A stretch of 64,000 nt of DNA from Collinsella sp. (GCA_018363345.1 JAGZNZ010000002.1:13529-77528), one strand, 5' to 3'. Positions 54,002-63,819 are shown, counted from the stretch's first letter. Numbers and translations: made by a program. The notes: generated by a model not told the origin, from the sequence alone.

Positions 54002-55285
54002 CTAAATGGTTTCCAAGAAAGCCTCAATCCTGGTTTGCAGTTGGCCTGCATCCTCGCCGGCGTAGTCGGTCGTGATGTGCATAAACGGAATGCCGGCCTC
54101 CTCGGCAGCCTTCTCCACGGCAAACGACTCCATCTCGTAGAGCGTGCAGAACTGCAGGGCCACGTCGACAATGCCGTCGGCATGCAGGTCCTTGGCCATC
54201 TGGACAATGTCCTTCATACGCTGGTCGTTGGGCGTAAAGACGGCACAGTTGATCTTAAAGTAGCGCTCGGCGATAGCATCGAGCATCTCGTCAACCGTCT
54301 CACCGGACTCATCGACCAAGTCCTTGTAATAGCGCGAACCCGTGCAGGACTCCTCGCCCACCACAACGCCGCCGGCCTTCTCGATGAGGTTGAACAGCTT
54401 CCAGTTGGGCACGGCCATGGGCGTGCCGGTGTACAGAATGCGCTTGGTCCCCTTGGGCGCCACGCCCTCTCCGGCCTCGACACGCTGCTCACACTCGGCC
54501 GCCATATCGTTGATGGCTCCGGTCAGACGCGGCGTGTCGTCCATAAAGGCGGCCTGAACGGTCAGCAGGCTGTCGAGACCGCTAATGGGCGCTGGGTCGG
54601 CAGCGCGCGTGGCAGCGAGGCGCTGCAGGGCACGGCGCTTCTCATTGACGGCGTGGATGGCGGCTTTCAGACGCTCAGGCGTAATCGTGACGCCGCACTC
54701 TTCCTCGATCTTGGCGGCGAGCTTCTTGACCTCGGCCTTCCAGGTCACAAGCGTCGACTCGTCGTGTACGTTGGGAATATCCATGACGTACATGTTCTTT
54801 TGCGTGGCAAAGAACTCGTAGGCTTTCTTCTTGCCGTCGCAGGTGTTCTCGCCTACCACCAAGTCACTCGACTCAATGTAGGGGCAGACCTCGCCCAGCT
54901 TAAAGCCGGCAAAGCTCTTGATGAGCGGACAAGTGTTGCGCGGCAAGTGCTCCTCGACCTTGTCGGTCGCCCAATCGGCACCCGAGCACAGACCCACGGG
55001 GATACCGTCGCAGGCGAGCACAATCTCCTCGGGCACGTAGACGCAGAAGCTGCCCACGATCTTGGTGGCCTCGCCGGCCTCCTTCTTGTCGAGCATCTCC
55101 TTAATACGGCCGCTGTGGATGTTGGTGGCGACAAAATCCAGGTAGGACGTGGACTTGGGGCGATTATTCTGCGACAGGAACATGTCCCCGTACATCTGGC
55201 CCACGGCGCCCAGCAGCATATCGTGGTCGGCAAGATTCATGCCGAGGCTCTCCCACATCGGATGGAAATCGAATTCTTCAGCCAT
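54002..55285 (-). CDS. 2-hydroxyacyl-CoA dehydratase family subunit (second HgdA/HgdB-like paralogue).
   Basis: Paralogous to 52684..53847 ([23 protein letters not shown]). GAGAGGGGAA RBS. Confidence 0.7.
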   Translation of the reverse strand: MAEEFDFHPMWESLGMNLADHDMLLGAVGQMYGDMFLSQNNRPKSTSYLDFVATNIHSGRIKEMLDKKEAGEATKIVGSFCVYVPEEIVLACDGIPVGLCSGADWATDKVEEHLPRNTCPLIKSFAGFKLGEVCPYIESSDLVVGENTCDGKKKAYEFFATQKNMYVMDIPNVHDESTLVTWKAEVKKLAAKIEEECGVTITPERLKAAIHAVNEKRRALQRLAATRAADPAPISGLDSLLTVQAAFMDDTPRLTGAINDMAAECEQRVEAGEGVAPKGTKRILYTGTPMAVPNWKLFNLIEKAGGVVVGEESCTGSRYYKDLVDESGETVDEMLDAIAERYFKINCAVFTPNDQRMKDIVQMAKDLHADGIVDVALQFCTLYEMESFAVEKAAEEAGIPFMHITTDYAGEDAGQLQTRIEAFLETI

Positions 55286-55716
55286 GACGGTTCCCCTCTC
55301 GAACCAAAAACGGATAACAGCGGTATCGATGCACGACGGACGGCGATTGCCCGACCGTGCTCAAACCCGGAATTTTAGGGAACCTGCTTTGCGGTCGATT
55401 ATTTAGTTGTGCGTCGCCTCTCCCGGAGCCGTGAACATACCTGCTCATATGCGACTCCGAGCCATATACAGGGCGCGCGCGGCAACGCGGCGAATATATG
55501 TCGTCTGCGGCATGTGCGCACCCTCCTTTACAAGTTGAGGTCAACTATATCAACGGTCATCGACCATGCGAACACCGTTGACATTCGTACGACAGCGTCG
55601 TGTGCCGTCGTTTAATAAATAATTATCTTGATTGATAAGAGTTTGTCATTCCTCATTCGGCGAACGGCAAAAACAAAGCCGCCGAGGCTTATATTCCCCG
55701 ACGGCATTACCCGGCG

Positions 55717-56787
55717 CTATCGACAAACCAAATGGATCCTGCTGGCATCAAAATGCATGCGCAGCGTCTCGCCTGCTTGCGGCAGCTCGTCGACAGGCAT
55801 GCGCACTTTGTTGACCTTCCACTGCAGGCGCGTCGGCGCGTCGGCGCGCGGCACGTCCAGCAGCACCAGGCGCTCAAAACGTGAATCGCTCACGCGGGCC
55901 ACATGCAGGTCGTAGCTGTTGCGACCCCGCTCAGCACGGTTGTCCACATGGAAGTAGCTCGCACGAATACCCAGGTACGCCACGTTATCGGGAACCTCAC
56001 GGCCCACGTTGAAGGTCATGCCCCAGTCGAGGGCCTCAACTTCTTCGTCGCCGATCTTGCGCGCGCGGCTCGTATTCTTGCAGCCCGTCAAGCGCAGCGC
56101 GGCCAACGTCTGCGGATGACGGACCACGTCCTCGACGGAGCCGATCTCCTCAACATGCCCGTTGTGCATCACGCAGATGCGCTCGCACAGACGGCACGCT
56201 TCGTCGATGTCGTGGCTCACGTAGAGCACGGTTCGGTTGCATACATCGAACAGATCGAGCATGTTTTGCTCAAGCGCGCTCTTGAGATACGCGTCGAGCG
56301 CGCTCATGGGCTCATCGAACATAAAGATGCCCGGATGCGCCGCCACCATGCGCGCAAGCGCCACGCGTTGCTGCTGACCGCCCGAGAGGCGCACGGGGTA
56401 GCGGTCGACAAAATCGGCCAGACCGAAAATGCCCAGATAACGCTCGGCGAGCTTTTTGCGCGCGGCGGCGTCGCCCGCATCCTTTACGCCGGCGCACACG
56501 TTATCGGCCACCGTCATGTTGGGAAACAACTGATAGTTTTGGAACAGTAGGGCGCATTTTCGCTCCTGGGGCGACAGGTCGATGCCCGCGGCCGAGTCAA
56601 AAAAGGTCACGCCGTTGACGACGATCTTGCCCTCGTCGGGCGTCTCCACACCGGCAATGCAGCGCAGCGTGCAGCTCTTGCCGCAACCCGAGGCGCCCAG
56701 CAGTGCCACGCGCTCCTCGCCGGCCTCAAGCTGCATGTCGAGCACAAACCCGGGATAACGTTTCTTAATATCCAAAACGAGCGACAT
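55717..56787 (-). CDS. modC: Molybdate ABC transporter ATP-binding protein with C-terminal TOBE domains.
   Basis: Walker A GASGCGKS, signature LSGGQQQRV, Walker B IFMFDEP. The C-terminal about 120 aa is TOBE-like. Confidence 0.85.
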   Translation of the reverse strand: MSLVLDIKKRYPGFVLDMQLEAGEERVALLGASGCGKSCTLRCIAGVETPDEGKIVVNGVTFFDSAAGIDLSPQERKCALLFQNYQLFPNMTVADNVCAGVKDAGDAAARKKLAERYLGIFGLADFVDRYPVRLSGGQQQRVALARMVAAHPGIFMFDEPMSALDAYLKSALEQNMLDLFDVCNRTVLYVSHDIDEACRLCERICVMHNGHVEEIGSVEDVVRHPQTLAALRLTGCKNTSRARKIGDEEVEALDWGMTFNVGREVPDNVAYLGIRASYFHVDNRAERGRNSYDLHVARVSDSRFERLVLLDVPRADAPTRLQWKVNKVRMPVDELPQAGETLRMHFDASRIHLVCR

Positions 56788-56790
56788 GGC

Positions 56791-58215
56791 CTATCGACCT
56801 CCCGTCGAGACGGCGTCATCGCGCATGAGCTCGGCCAGCGCCTCGCGATCGATACGCAGCGCATCGCCGCCGACCGGGTCGAGCGAATCGCCCTGTCCGG
56901 CGAATTCTTTGGCCTGCCTGCGCTCCGCACGGGAAAGGCCCCGTTCGCGATACTTTTGCGAATGCGCCGTGTACATGTTGATGAACAGGATGACCAGGAA
57001 ACTGAACACGATTACGACAATGACCCAAAAGAGAGCTACCGACGTGTTGCCGCCCATCCACTCAAAGTAGATGGCGATGGGAATGGTCTGCGTAATGCCG
57101 GCATAGTTGCCCGCAAAGAACAGCGTGCAGCCAAACTCTCCCATGGCGCGGGCAAAGGCGAGCACCGTACCGGCGGCAATCGAGGGCCAGCCGAGCGGCA
57201 TCATAAGCTTGGTAAAGATGCGACGTTCGGACCACCCCAAGGTTCGCGCGGCGTCGAGCATCTGCGTGTCGAGGCTCTCGAAGGCTCCGAGCGCCGTGCG
57301 GTAGACCAGCGGAAACGACACAACGACGGCCGAAATGACCGCCGCGGGCCAGGTAAAGACGATCGAGATACCGTGCGCGATGAGCCACTGGCCCACCCCG
57401 GTCGAGCGGCCAAACAGCATGAGGAGCAGAAAGCCGCAGACCGTGGGCGGCAGCACCATAGGAATCGTAAAGACCGAATCGAGCAGGCCCTTGATGCGAC
57501 TCGAGGTACCCATAGTCTTCCACGCGGCAAACAGGCCCAGTGCAAAGGCAATCAGCAGGGCAAGGCCGCTCGTTTTGATAGACACCCAAAACGGGCGGTA
57601 GTCGATGCCGCCTAAAAAGGAGGCCAAAGAGGTCAAGGGCCCCTGCTCATTCCGCAACACGACTGACGATGCTTCTACCATTTGAGCGCTATCAAGCCAA
57701 CGCGCGCCGCCCTTGGCATCACCCGAGGCCGATGCAATCACCACATAGCGGTCCCCATCCGCACCGCGTTCGTCAAAGCCATAGGTATACCCGCCGGCAT
57801 CAAACGTTGTTTCCGCCGTGACATACCAAGGAAGATCCACGTCCCCCAGCTGCGCACCTCCCATGCAGTTTGCGCTGTCGAGCTCACAGACGAGGGTCTT
57901 GAGGCCCGATACGCACTCGTTGTCCTGCGGATCCAATCCATACTTCTCGACCGCCTTGGGCGATATCCACACCACAACGCGATCGGCAGCAGGCGCCACT
58001 ACAAGGTCCACGTCCTCGTCAACGGGAAACCGGTAGCCCTCAGGCTGGCCCTCCATGGCACGAGCGGTCCCCTTGGCCAACCGCTCAAAACCCTCGATCC
58101 CATAGGAAAGCCCATGAGCGGTCGCAGCAACCTGGGCCCCGTCCTCGGCGTCCCCAGCAAACGCAAATCCCGGCACCCAGCAAAGCGCGAAGGTCAAAGC
58201 ACAGGCGACAAGCAT
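56791..58215 (-). CDS. modB: Molybdate ABC permease ModB fused to a ~220-aa N-terminal signal-peptide-bearing extracytoplasmic domain of unknown function.
   Basis: The C-terminal half has the ABC permease EAA-loop region (ARTLGWSERRIFTKLMMPL). The N-terminal MLVACALTFALCWVPGFAFA looks like a signal or anchor peptide, followed by a novel domain. One continuous ORF. Confidence 0.7.
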   Translation of the reverse strand: MLVACALTFALCWVPGFAFAGDAEDGAQVAATAHGLSYGIEGFERLAKGTARAMEGQPEGYRFPVDEDVDLVVAPAADRVVVWISPKAVEKYGLDPQDNECVSGLKTLVCELDSANCMGGAQLGDVDLPWYVTAETTFDAGGYTYGFDERGADGDRYVVIASASGDAKGGARWLDSAQMVEASSVVLRNEQGPLTSLASFLGGIDYRPFWVSIKTSGLALLIAFALGLFAAWKTMGTSSRIKGLLDSVFTIPMVLPPTVCGFLLLMLFGRSTGVGQWLIAHGISIVFTWPAAVISAVVVSFPLVYRTALGAFESLDTQMLDAARTLGWSERRIFTKLMMPLGWPSIAAGTVLAFARAMGEFGCTLFFAGNYAGITQTIPIAIYFEWMGGNTSVALFWVIVVIVFSFLVILFINMYTAHSQKYRERGLSRAERRQAKEFAGQGDSLDPVGGDALRIDREALAELMRDDAVSTGGR

Positions 58216-58301
58216 GCGGAATCTATTAAGCACAAAAAGCTCCAAGAGAATACAAGGACGGAGTTAAACACAAAACGATGGAATTATCGCGCCAAGCCGC
58301 A

Positions 58302-59174
58302 CTACGCGGAAAGCTCAAAGCCGTATTTGGCCCAAATCTTCTGGGCCTTCTTGTTGGACAGGCAAAAGTCGATAAACGCCTTGGCCTCGTCGGCATGTTC
58401 GGAGCCATCGGCGACAGCGCCCGGATACACGATGGGCTTATGCGAGTCCTCGGGACACACAAAGGCCTCCTCGATGCCGTCGTAGCGGTAGATGTCGGAG
58501 CTGTAGACAAAGCCAGCCACGCAGTCGCCCGTAGAGACGTAAGACGCAGCCGTGCCGACCTTGTCGGCCAGGGCCACCTTGTTGGCGATCTCGGGGGCGT
58601 ACTCGCCGTCGTCGCCCTCGGTGCCGGTGTAGAGGCCCACGGAGGCCAGGGCCTGGTTGGCGTACTTGCCGGCGGGAACGGTCTTGGCGTCGCCAATGGC
58701 GATCTTGCCGTCCAGATTCGCGACGTCGGCGATGGCCTCGACCTTGGTGTCGGAGCCCTCAGCGCGAATGATCACGAGGTCGTTGACGAACATATCCTCA
58801 CGGGTGTCGGCGTCGACGAGCTCGGCGGCCTCGGCGTCATCCATGGTGCCCTTGGAGGCTGTGATGAGCACGTCGACGGCGGCACCGGCGCGCATCTGCT
58901 CGACAAGGTCGCCGGACGCTTTGAACTGCGTGTCGGCAAACGTGGTGCCGGTCTGCTCGGTGTAGAGCTCCTGGACCTCGGGCAGAGCCTTCTCGAGAGA
59001 GTTAGCAGCGAAGACCTGAAGCTCGACAGCCTTCTTGGACGAAGTCTTGGCGGAACCGGCATCGGAGCCAGTCGACTCAGGTGCCTTATTGTCGGAGCAG
59101 CCGGCAAGGCCAAGGCCAGCAGCGGCGACAGCAGAAAGCGAGACGAATCCGCGGCGAGAAACCATATCGAACAT
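58302..59174 (-). CDS. modA: Molybdate ABC transporter substrate-binding lipoprotein.
   Basis: N-terminal SRRGFVSLSAVAAAGLGLAGC (RR motif plus lipobox) and a ModA-type periplasmic binding fold. ATG at 59174 has a GAAAGGG RBS. Confidence 0.8.
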   Translation of the reverse strand: MFDMVSRRGFVSLSAVAAAGLGLAGCSDNKAPESTGSDAGSAKTSSKKAVELQVFAANSLEKALPEVQELYTEQTGTTFADTQFKASGDLVEQMRAGAAVDVLITASKGTMDDAEAAELVDADTREDMFVNDLVIIRAEGSDTKVEAIADVANLDGKIAIGDAKTVPAGKYANQALASVGLYTGTEGDDGEYAPEIANKVALADKVGTAASYVSTGDCVAGFVYSSDIYRYDGIEEAFVCPEDSHKPIVYPGAVADGSEHADEAKAFIDFCLSNKKAQKIWAKYGFELSA

Positions 59175-59330
59175 GTTCAACCCTTTCGAAGACTACACCC
59201 GGGCGCCCCGCCGCGAGCTTTGTTCTGTTACTAGATTATACTTTCACGCGAATAATGTTTCTGATGAATAGCTCTCGCCCGATAATTTTCTTTTACCAAT
59301 AACCGCGAGACGGCCCGCACCGTCACTGCA

Positions 59331-59365
59331 TAAAAAGGCGGAGCAGCCCGTAGGGTTACTCCGCC
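59331..59365 (-). terminator. Intrinsic terminator after mogA (stem GGCGGAG/CTCCGCC, 15-nt loop, then UUUUUA on the minus strand).
   Basis: Read directly. Confidence 0.55.
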
Positions 59366-59378
59366 GCAGGTAGTGCGC

Positions 59379-59858
59379 TTATTTGGCATGCCCGCCGCCC
59401 GCCGTCATTTGGGCCGCATGCTCCAGCTGATCGCTCACGGCCTCCCAGCTTTCGCGGGCCGCTTTCGTGGATCCCGGAAAGTTGATGACAAGCGTATGCC
59501 CACGTTGCATGCACACGGCGCGCGAGAGCATGGCGCGGCGCGTCTTGGTCATGGAGTACGCACGGATTGCCTCTGCAATACCCGGCACATCGCGCTCGCA
59601 GACGGCACGCGTCGCCTCGGGCGTCACATCGCGCATCGAAAGCCCCGTGCCGCCGCAGGTGAGCACGACATTGGCGTGGCACTCATCGGCGGCTTCCACA
59701 ATGGCATCACCGATCTCGCTGACGTCGTCGCGCACGACCACATGCGAGGCGACCGTCCAGCCCTGCGCCTCGATAAGTTCCTCGAGTGCGGCTCCAGCCT
59801 CGTCCTGGGCTAGATCGCGCGTATCCGAGCACGTCACGATCGATATCTTCAGCTCCAT
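59379..59858 (-). CDS. mogA: Molybdenum cofactor biosynthesis protein MogA/MoaB.
   Basis: MoCF-biosynthesis fold with the GGTG motif (LTCGGTGLSMRD). About 159 aa. Confidence 0.8.
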   Translation of the reverse strand: MELKISIVTCSDTRDLAQDEAGAALEELIEAQGWTVASHVVVRDDVSEIGDAIVEAADECHANVVLTCGGTGLSMRDVTPEATRAVCERDVPGIAEAIRAYSMTKTRRAMLSRAVCMQRGHTLVINFPGSTKAARESWEAVSDQLEHAAQMTAGGGHAK

Positions 59859-59868
59859 AGCATTCCTC

Positions 59869-61131
59869 CTACAACACGGCGCCCTCGGGCAGATCGACGC
59901 GAACAACGTCCACGACGTCGCCCGCCTTGAGGTCGCACGGCCCTTCTTCAATACGCAGTAGGCAGTTGGCCCGCTGCATCGTGCCGAGCAACGCCGAATT
60001 CTGCGTCTTGGCCTCGGTCACCAACAGCTCACCGGTCTCGGGGTCGCGCAAAACCGTGGCGCGATCGAAGAAGCGGCGATGCTGTCGCTTTTTCACGCCG
60101 TGAGTGAGCGTCGCCTGCTGCACGGGACGCGCACCCTCGGCAAAGCCGCGCATCTTGCGGATCGCCGGACGCGCAAGCATCTCAAAGCCTACATACGCCG
60201 CGGCCGGATTGCCTGAAAGTCCCAGGCAGGGCTTACCCCCGAGCAAGCCAAACGTGATGGCCTTGCCCGGACGCATCGAGATGCGATCGAACAGCACCTC
60301 GCCCTCGCGCCGGACGAGCGCCGTCACGTAGTCGTAGTCGCCTGCCGAGGCGCCACCGCTCGTAATGACAAAATCGCACTCCAGCACGGCGCGATGCACC
60401 AGCTCGGCAATCGTCTGCTCATCATCGGGCGCAATGCCGTAGAACACGGGCTCGGCTCCTGCATCGAGCGCTTCGGCCATCAACGCCGACGAGTTGGAGT
60501 CGCGAATCTGCCCGCGCGCCGGCACGTTGCTCGGTGCAACCAGTTCCGTGCCCAGCGAGATGATGCCCACACGCGGGGCAGCGTGCGCCTTCACGCTCGC
60601 GTATCCGGCGCTTGCCAGCAGACCCGCGCCCGCCGGAGCCACGACCTCGCCGGCGTGCATCACAACGTCGCCGGCATGGGCCTCTTCGGCGGCAGAGCGA
60701 ACGTTCTCCCCTACCTTGGCAGGCGCCGAGAACCTCACACGCGAGCCCTCGTTGCCGTCACCGTCGAGCACGTCGACGATCTCGTATTTCACCACGGCAT
60801 CGACACCTTCGGGTACCGGCGCGCCCGTCATGATGCGAACCGTCTCACCCGCGCCGATTGCGCCCTCAAACACATGGCCCGCGGCCTCGTGTCCGATAAC
60901 GTCGAGCGTCACCGGCGCCTCGCCAGATGCCTGCGCCAAGTCCGACGAGCGCACGGCATATCCGTCCATAGCGCTGTTGGCAAACGGCGAGATGTCGATA
61001 TCGGCCACCGCGTCCTCGGCCAAGGGAAGACCGACGGCCTGCCACACGGGAATCTCGACAACTTCGGTGCGATTCACGTGCGACAAGACGATCGCCTGCG
61101 CGTCCTCCAACGGAATGAGTTTCTCAGCCAT
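59869..61131 (-). CDS. moeA: Molybdopterin molybdenumtransferase MoeA.
   Basis: MoeA N-terminal and MoCF domains with the GGVSMG-type motif (SGGASAGDYDY). About 420 aa; AGAGGTG RBS. Confidence 0.85.
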   Translation of the reverse strand: MAEKLIPLEDAQAIVLSHVNRTEVVEIPVWQAVGLPLAEDAVADIDISPFANSAMDGYAVRSSDLAQASGEAPVTLDVIGHEAAGHVFEGAIGAGETVRIMTGAPVPEGVDAVVKYEIVDVLDGDGNEGSRVRFSAPAKVGENVRSAAEEAHAGDVVMHAGEVVAPAGAGLLASAGYASVKAHAAPRVGIISLGTELVAPSNVPARGQIRDSNSSALMAEALDAGAEPVFYGIAPDDEQTIAELVHRAVLECDFVITSGGASAGDYDYVTALVRREGEVLFDRISMRPGKAITFGLLGGKPCLGLSGNPAAAYVGFEMLARPAIRKMRGFAEGARPVQQATLTHGVKKRQHRRFFDRATVLRDPETGELLVTEAKTQNSALLGTMQRANCLLRIEEGPCDLKAGDVVDVVRVDLPEGAVL

Positions 61132-61341
61132 ATACACCTCTAGCATGCAGCGGCGCGCAACAAAAGCGCCGATTCTTTATGTTTCTCTCAGTATAATCCC
61201 CGCCGCACGACGGCGACTTGGCCTGTACCCGCAAATACATCTGTCGGCCGCAAGCCGCGAAACAAAACCAAAACCAACCCACCGGCTCGTCGCGTTTACC
61301 GCGTTTTATAATGCTCGTGTTGCAACCCAAAAGAGGAACGT

Positions 61342-62763
61342 ATGACTTTTACCGACAAACCCGAAAGCGCAAACGAAGCGCAGGATCATTCTCAGTCGCT
61401 CGACGATGGCGGTTTTTTCTCCCTGAACGACGTCATCATGGCCGGCAGGCATCAGCTCACCCGCTCCGAGCATCTCTTGGCCGCCGACACGCGCCGCAAC
61501 GCCCGCAACCTACTCGCGAGCGCCAAGTTGCTCACACTCGTCGTCATCGTCTCGCTCGCCATGGGCGTTGCCGCCTGGGCGTTTTTGACCTCGCTGAATA
61601 TCGCAACCGACTATCGCGAGCACCATGCATGGGTCTACGCCTTGCTTCCCGTTGTGGGCGTTGCCACCGCATGGGTGTACAAAAACCACGGCCTTGCCGC
61701 CAAACGCGGTAACAACCTGGTCATCGACTCCGCTCTGGGCACACGCCTCATCCATATGCGTATGGCCGTTCTCACCTTCGTCTGCTCCACGCTCACGCAC
61801 CTAACGGGCGGATCTGCCGGTCGCGAGGGGGCCGCGGTGCAGATTGGCGGCACCATCGCCAGCAACATCTCGAACCTCGCCCACCTCAAAAAACATGACC
61901 ACCACGACCTCATGCTCGCAGGCATCTCGTCGGCCTTTGGCGCCGTATTCGGCTCGCCCCTTGCTGGAGCTTTCTTTGGCATGGAGATGTGCTTTATCGG
62001 CAAAATCGACTACACCGCGGGCATCTACTGCCTGGTCGCCTCGTTTACCGGCTACTTTACGTCACTTGCCTTGGGAACCGAGTACGAGGCGAATGTCATC
62101 GCCAGCGTTCCCAACATGACACCACGGACGGTTGTCATCGTTGTTATCAGCGCAATTATCTTCGGTCTGACGGCACGCCTCTTTGCCTGGTCGGTTCGAA
62201 CCGTCAAAAGCCTTTACGGTCGCTTTATCACCAATTACCTTACTCGCGCACTCGTGGGCGCACTCGTGGTTTTGGCCGCCTATGCCCTCCTTGACGCCTG
62301 GGACTACGCCGGCCTTTCCACGTGGCTTTCCGGCGCCGGATTTGCAGGCAACACCACCTTGGCGGACGCAGCCATCAAGTTGGTCGTCACAGCGCTTACC
62401 CTGGGCGCGGGCTTCCAAGGTGGCGAGGTCACGCCCCTGTTTGGCATCGGTGCGGCACTCGGTGGCTGGATCGGTTGCCTTACCGGGCTTGACCCCAGTT
62501 TTCTGGCGGCTCTCGGCATGCTCGGCGTGTTCTGCGCCGGCCTCAACGTGCCCATCACCACCTGCATGATGGCCATCGACCTGTTCCACGGCACGGCCGC
62601 CGGGTTCTTTGTCATCGTGGCCTTTATCAGCTACCTAACCGGCGGACACCGCGGCGTGTACCCCGCCCAGCGCATCATCTCACCCAAGCGCCGTTCGCTT
62701 ATTGTGGATGAGGGCGGTACGGTAGCGGATGCTATCGAGCGCCACAACGACCTGATAGAGTAG
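61342..62763 (+). CDS. CLC-family anion channel / antiporter.
   Basis: GSAGREGA (gating-Glu motif) and GGEVTPLFG (GxFxP-equivalent), with about 10-12 TM segments. Variant selectivity-filter motifs (GNNLV in place of GSGIP). Confidence 0.85.
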   Translation: MTFTDKPESANEAQDHSQSLDDGGFFSLNDVIMAGRHQLTRSEHLLAADTRRNARNLLASAKLLTLVVIVSLAMGVAAWAFLTSLNIATDYREHHAWVYALLPVVGVATAWVYKNHGLAAKRGNNLVIDSALGTRLIHMRMAVLTFVCSTLTHLTGGSAGREGAAVQIGGTIASNISNLAHLKKHDHHDLMLAGISSAFGAVFGSPLAGAFFGMEMCFIGKIDYTAGIYCLVASFTGYFTSLALGTEYEANVIASVPNMTPRTVVIVVISAIIFGLTARLFAWSVRTVKSLYGRFITNYLTRALVGALVVLAAYALLDAWDYAGLSTWLSGAGFAGNTTLADAAIKLVVTALTLGAGFQGGEVTPLFGIGAALGGWIGCLTGLDPSFLAALGMLGVFCAGLNVPITTCMMAIDLFHGTAAGFFVIVAFISYLTGGHRGVYPAQRIISPKRRSLIVDEGGTVADAIERHNDLIE

Positions 62764-62848
62764 ATGTAATAATCGCCGTGCAGCCACAATCGGGGCAACG
62801 TAACCCGAGCGCGACCGCACCGTCATGTCACACGCCGGGAGTCGCCCC

Positions 62849-63811
62849 ATGCACGCAACTGATTTTGGTCGCACGCTCATCATCGCCAACCCAGCCGCCC
62901 AGTCGGGTGCGGCACGCGAAGTTGCCGAGCGCCTACAACGCTTTTTGGACATGACTGCACGCGCATCCCAGTTTGACCTGGTGTTGACCGAGCGTATGGG
63001 ACACGCCAAGGAGCTGGCCGCACAGGCTCAGGGCTATCGCACCGTTATCGCACTCGGCGGCGATGGCGTGATTCACGAGGTCGTCAACGGGCTTATGACG
63101 CAAAAGGAGGACGCCCGCCCCGCTCTTGCCGTCCTGCCCGTGGGCTCCGGCAACGATTTTGCCCAGACGCTCGGCATCGACGATTTCTCCGGCAAGGATT
63201 TTGGCGCGCTGCTCACCTGCGAGCTGCAGCGTCAGGATATCGGGCGCATTCGCTCGTGGAGCCCTTCGAGCGGCAGCGGCGAGGCTACCGTTGAGTACTA
63301 CGACCAGACGCTCTCGGTCGGCATCGATGCTGCCATCGGCCTTAGCACCACCGAGCTGCGCAAAAAGACCGGCTTGACGGGCGCGCCGCTCTACACCTTC
63401 TCGGGACTTGAGCAGTTTGGCCTACGCTATCGCAACTATCCTATGACAGTCAGCTTTGACGGCGCGCCCACAGAGCGCGTGAGGGCGATCATCATGGCGA
63501 TACAGCTGGGCCCCACGTATGGCTCGGGCTATCGCATCTGCCCCGATGCCGACCCCTGCGACGGCATACTCGACGTCTGCTACGCCTGCGGCCCCGTCCC
63601 CCGTGCGGTCGCCCTACCCATGTTCCTTTCGGCCAAGGACGGTCACCACACCAAGCTGCCGCCGGTACGCATGCGCCGCTGCCGCCATGCCGAGTTCACC
63701 TTTGAGGAGCCCGACTACCCCATCCAGGCCGACGGCGAGCCCGTTGTCGCCTCGCGCATCGAGGTCGACATCCTTCCCGCCGTCCTCGAGGTCTGGCACC
63801 CAACCCGCTAA
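62849..63811 (+). CDS. Diacylglycerol-kinase-catalytic-domain lipid kinase (YegS/DagK-like).
   Basis: IANPAAQSG, ALGGDGVIHEVVNG and PVGSGNDFA motifs. ATG at 62849 has a GGGAG RBS. Confidence 0.75.
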   Translation: MHATDFGRTLIIANPAAQSGAAREVAERLQRFLDMTARASQFDLVLTERMGHAKELAAQAQGYRTVIALGGDGVIHEVVNGLMTQKEDARPALAVLPVGSGNDFAQTLGIDDFSGKDFGALLTCELQRQDIGRIRSWSPSSGSGEATVEYYDQTLSVGIDAAIGLSTTELRKKTGLTGAPLYTFSGLEQFGLRYRNYPMTVSFDGAPTERVRAIIMAIQLGPTYGSGYRICPDADPCDGILDVCYACGPVPRAVALPMFLSAKDGHHTKLPPVRMRRCRHAEFTFEEPDYPIQADGEPVVASRIEVDILPAVLEVWHPTR

Positions 63812-63819
63812 CCCCACCT

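Noticed and set aside
56791-58245. Start of modB at the first codon of the track ORF (58245)
   Set aside because: That codon is TTG with no RBS. The ATG at 58215 gives a plausible signal peptide. The N-terminal domain fusion is kept as a finding.
59181-59378. Moco riboswitch upstream of modA
   Set aside because: The only clear structure is a hairpin plus U-tract that reads as the mogA terminator. I could not verify the ~140-nt Moco motif by inspection.
61150-61340. Fluoride riboswitch upstream of the CLC gene
   Set aside because: GGCGA...GGCC fragments are present, but the required complementary CGCC P1 partner and the downstream CUGAUG..CCUAC pseudoknot motif are not recognisable by eye. 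Needs a covariance-model search.
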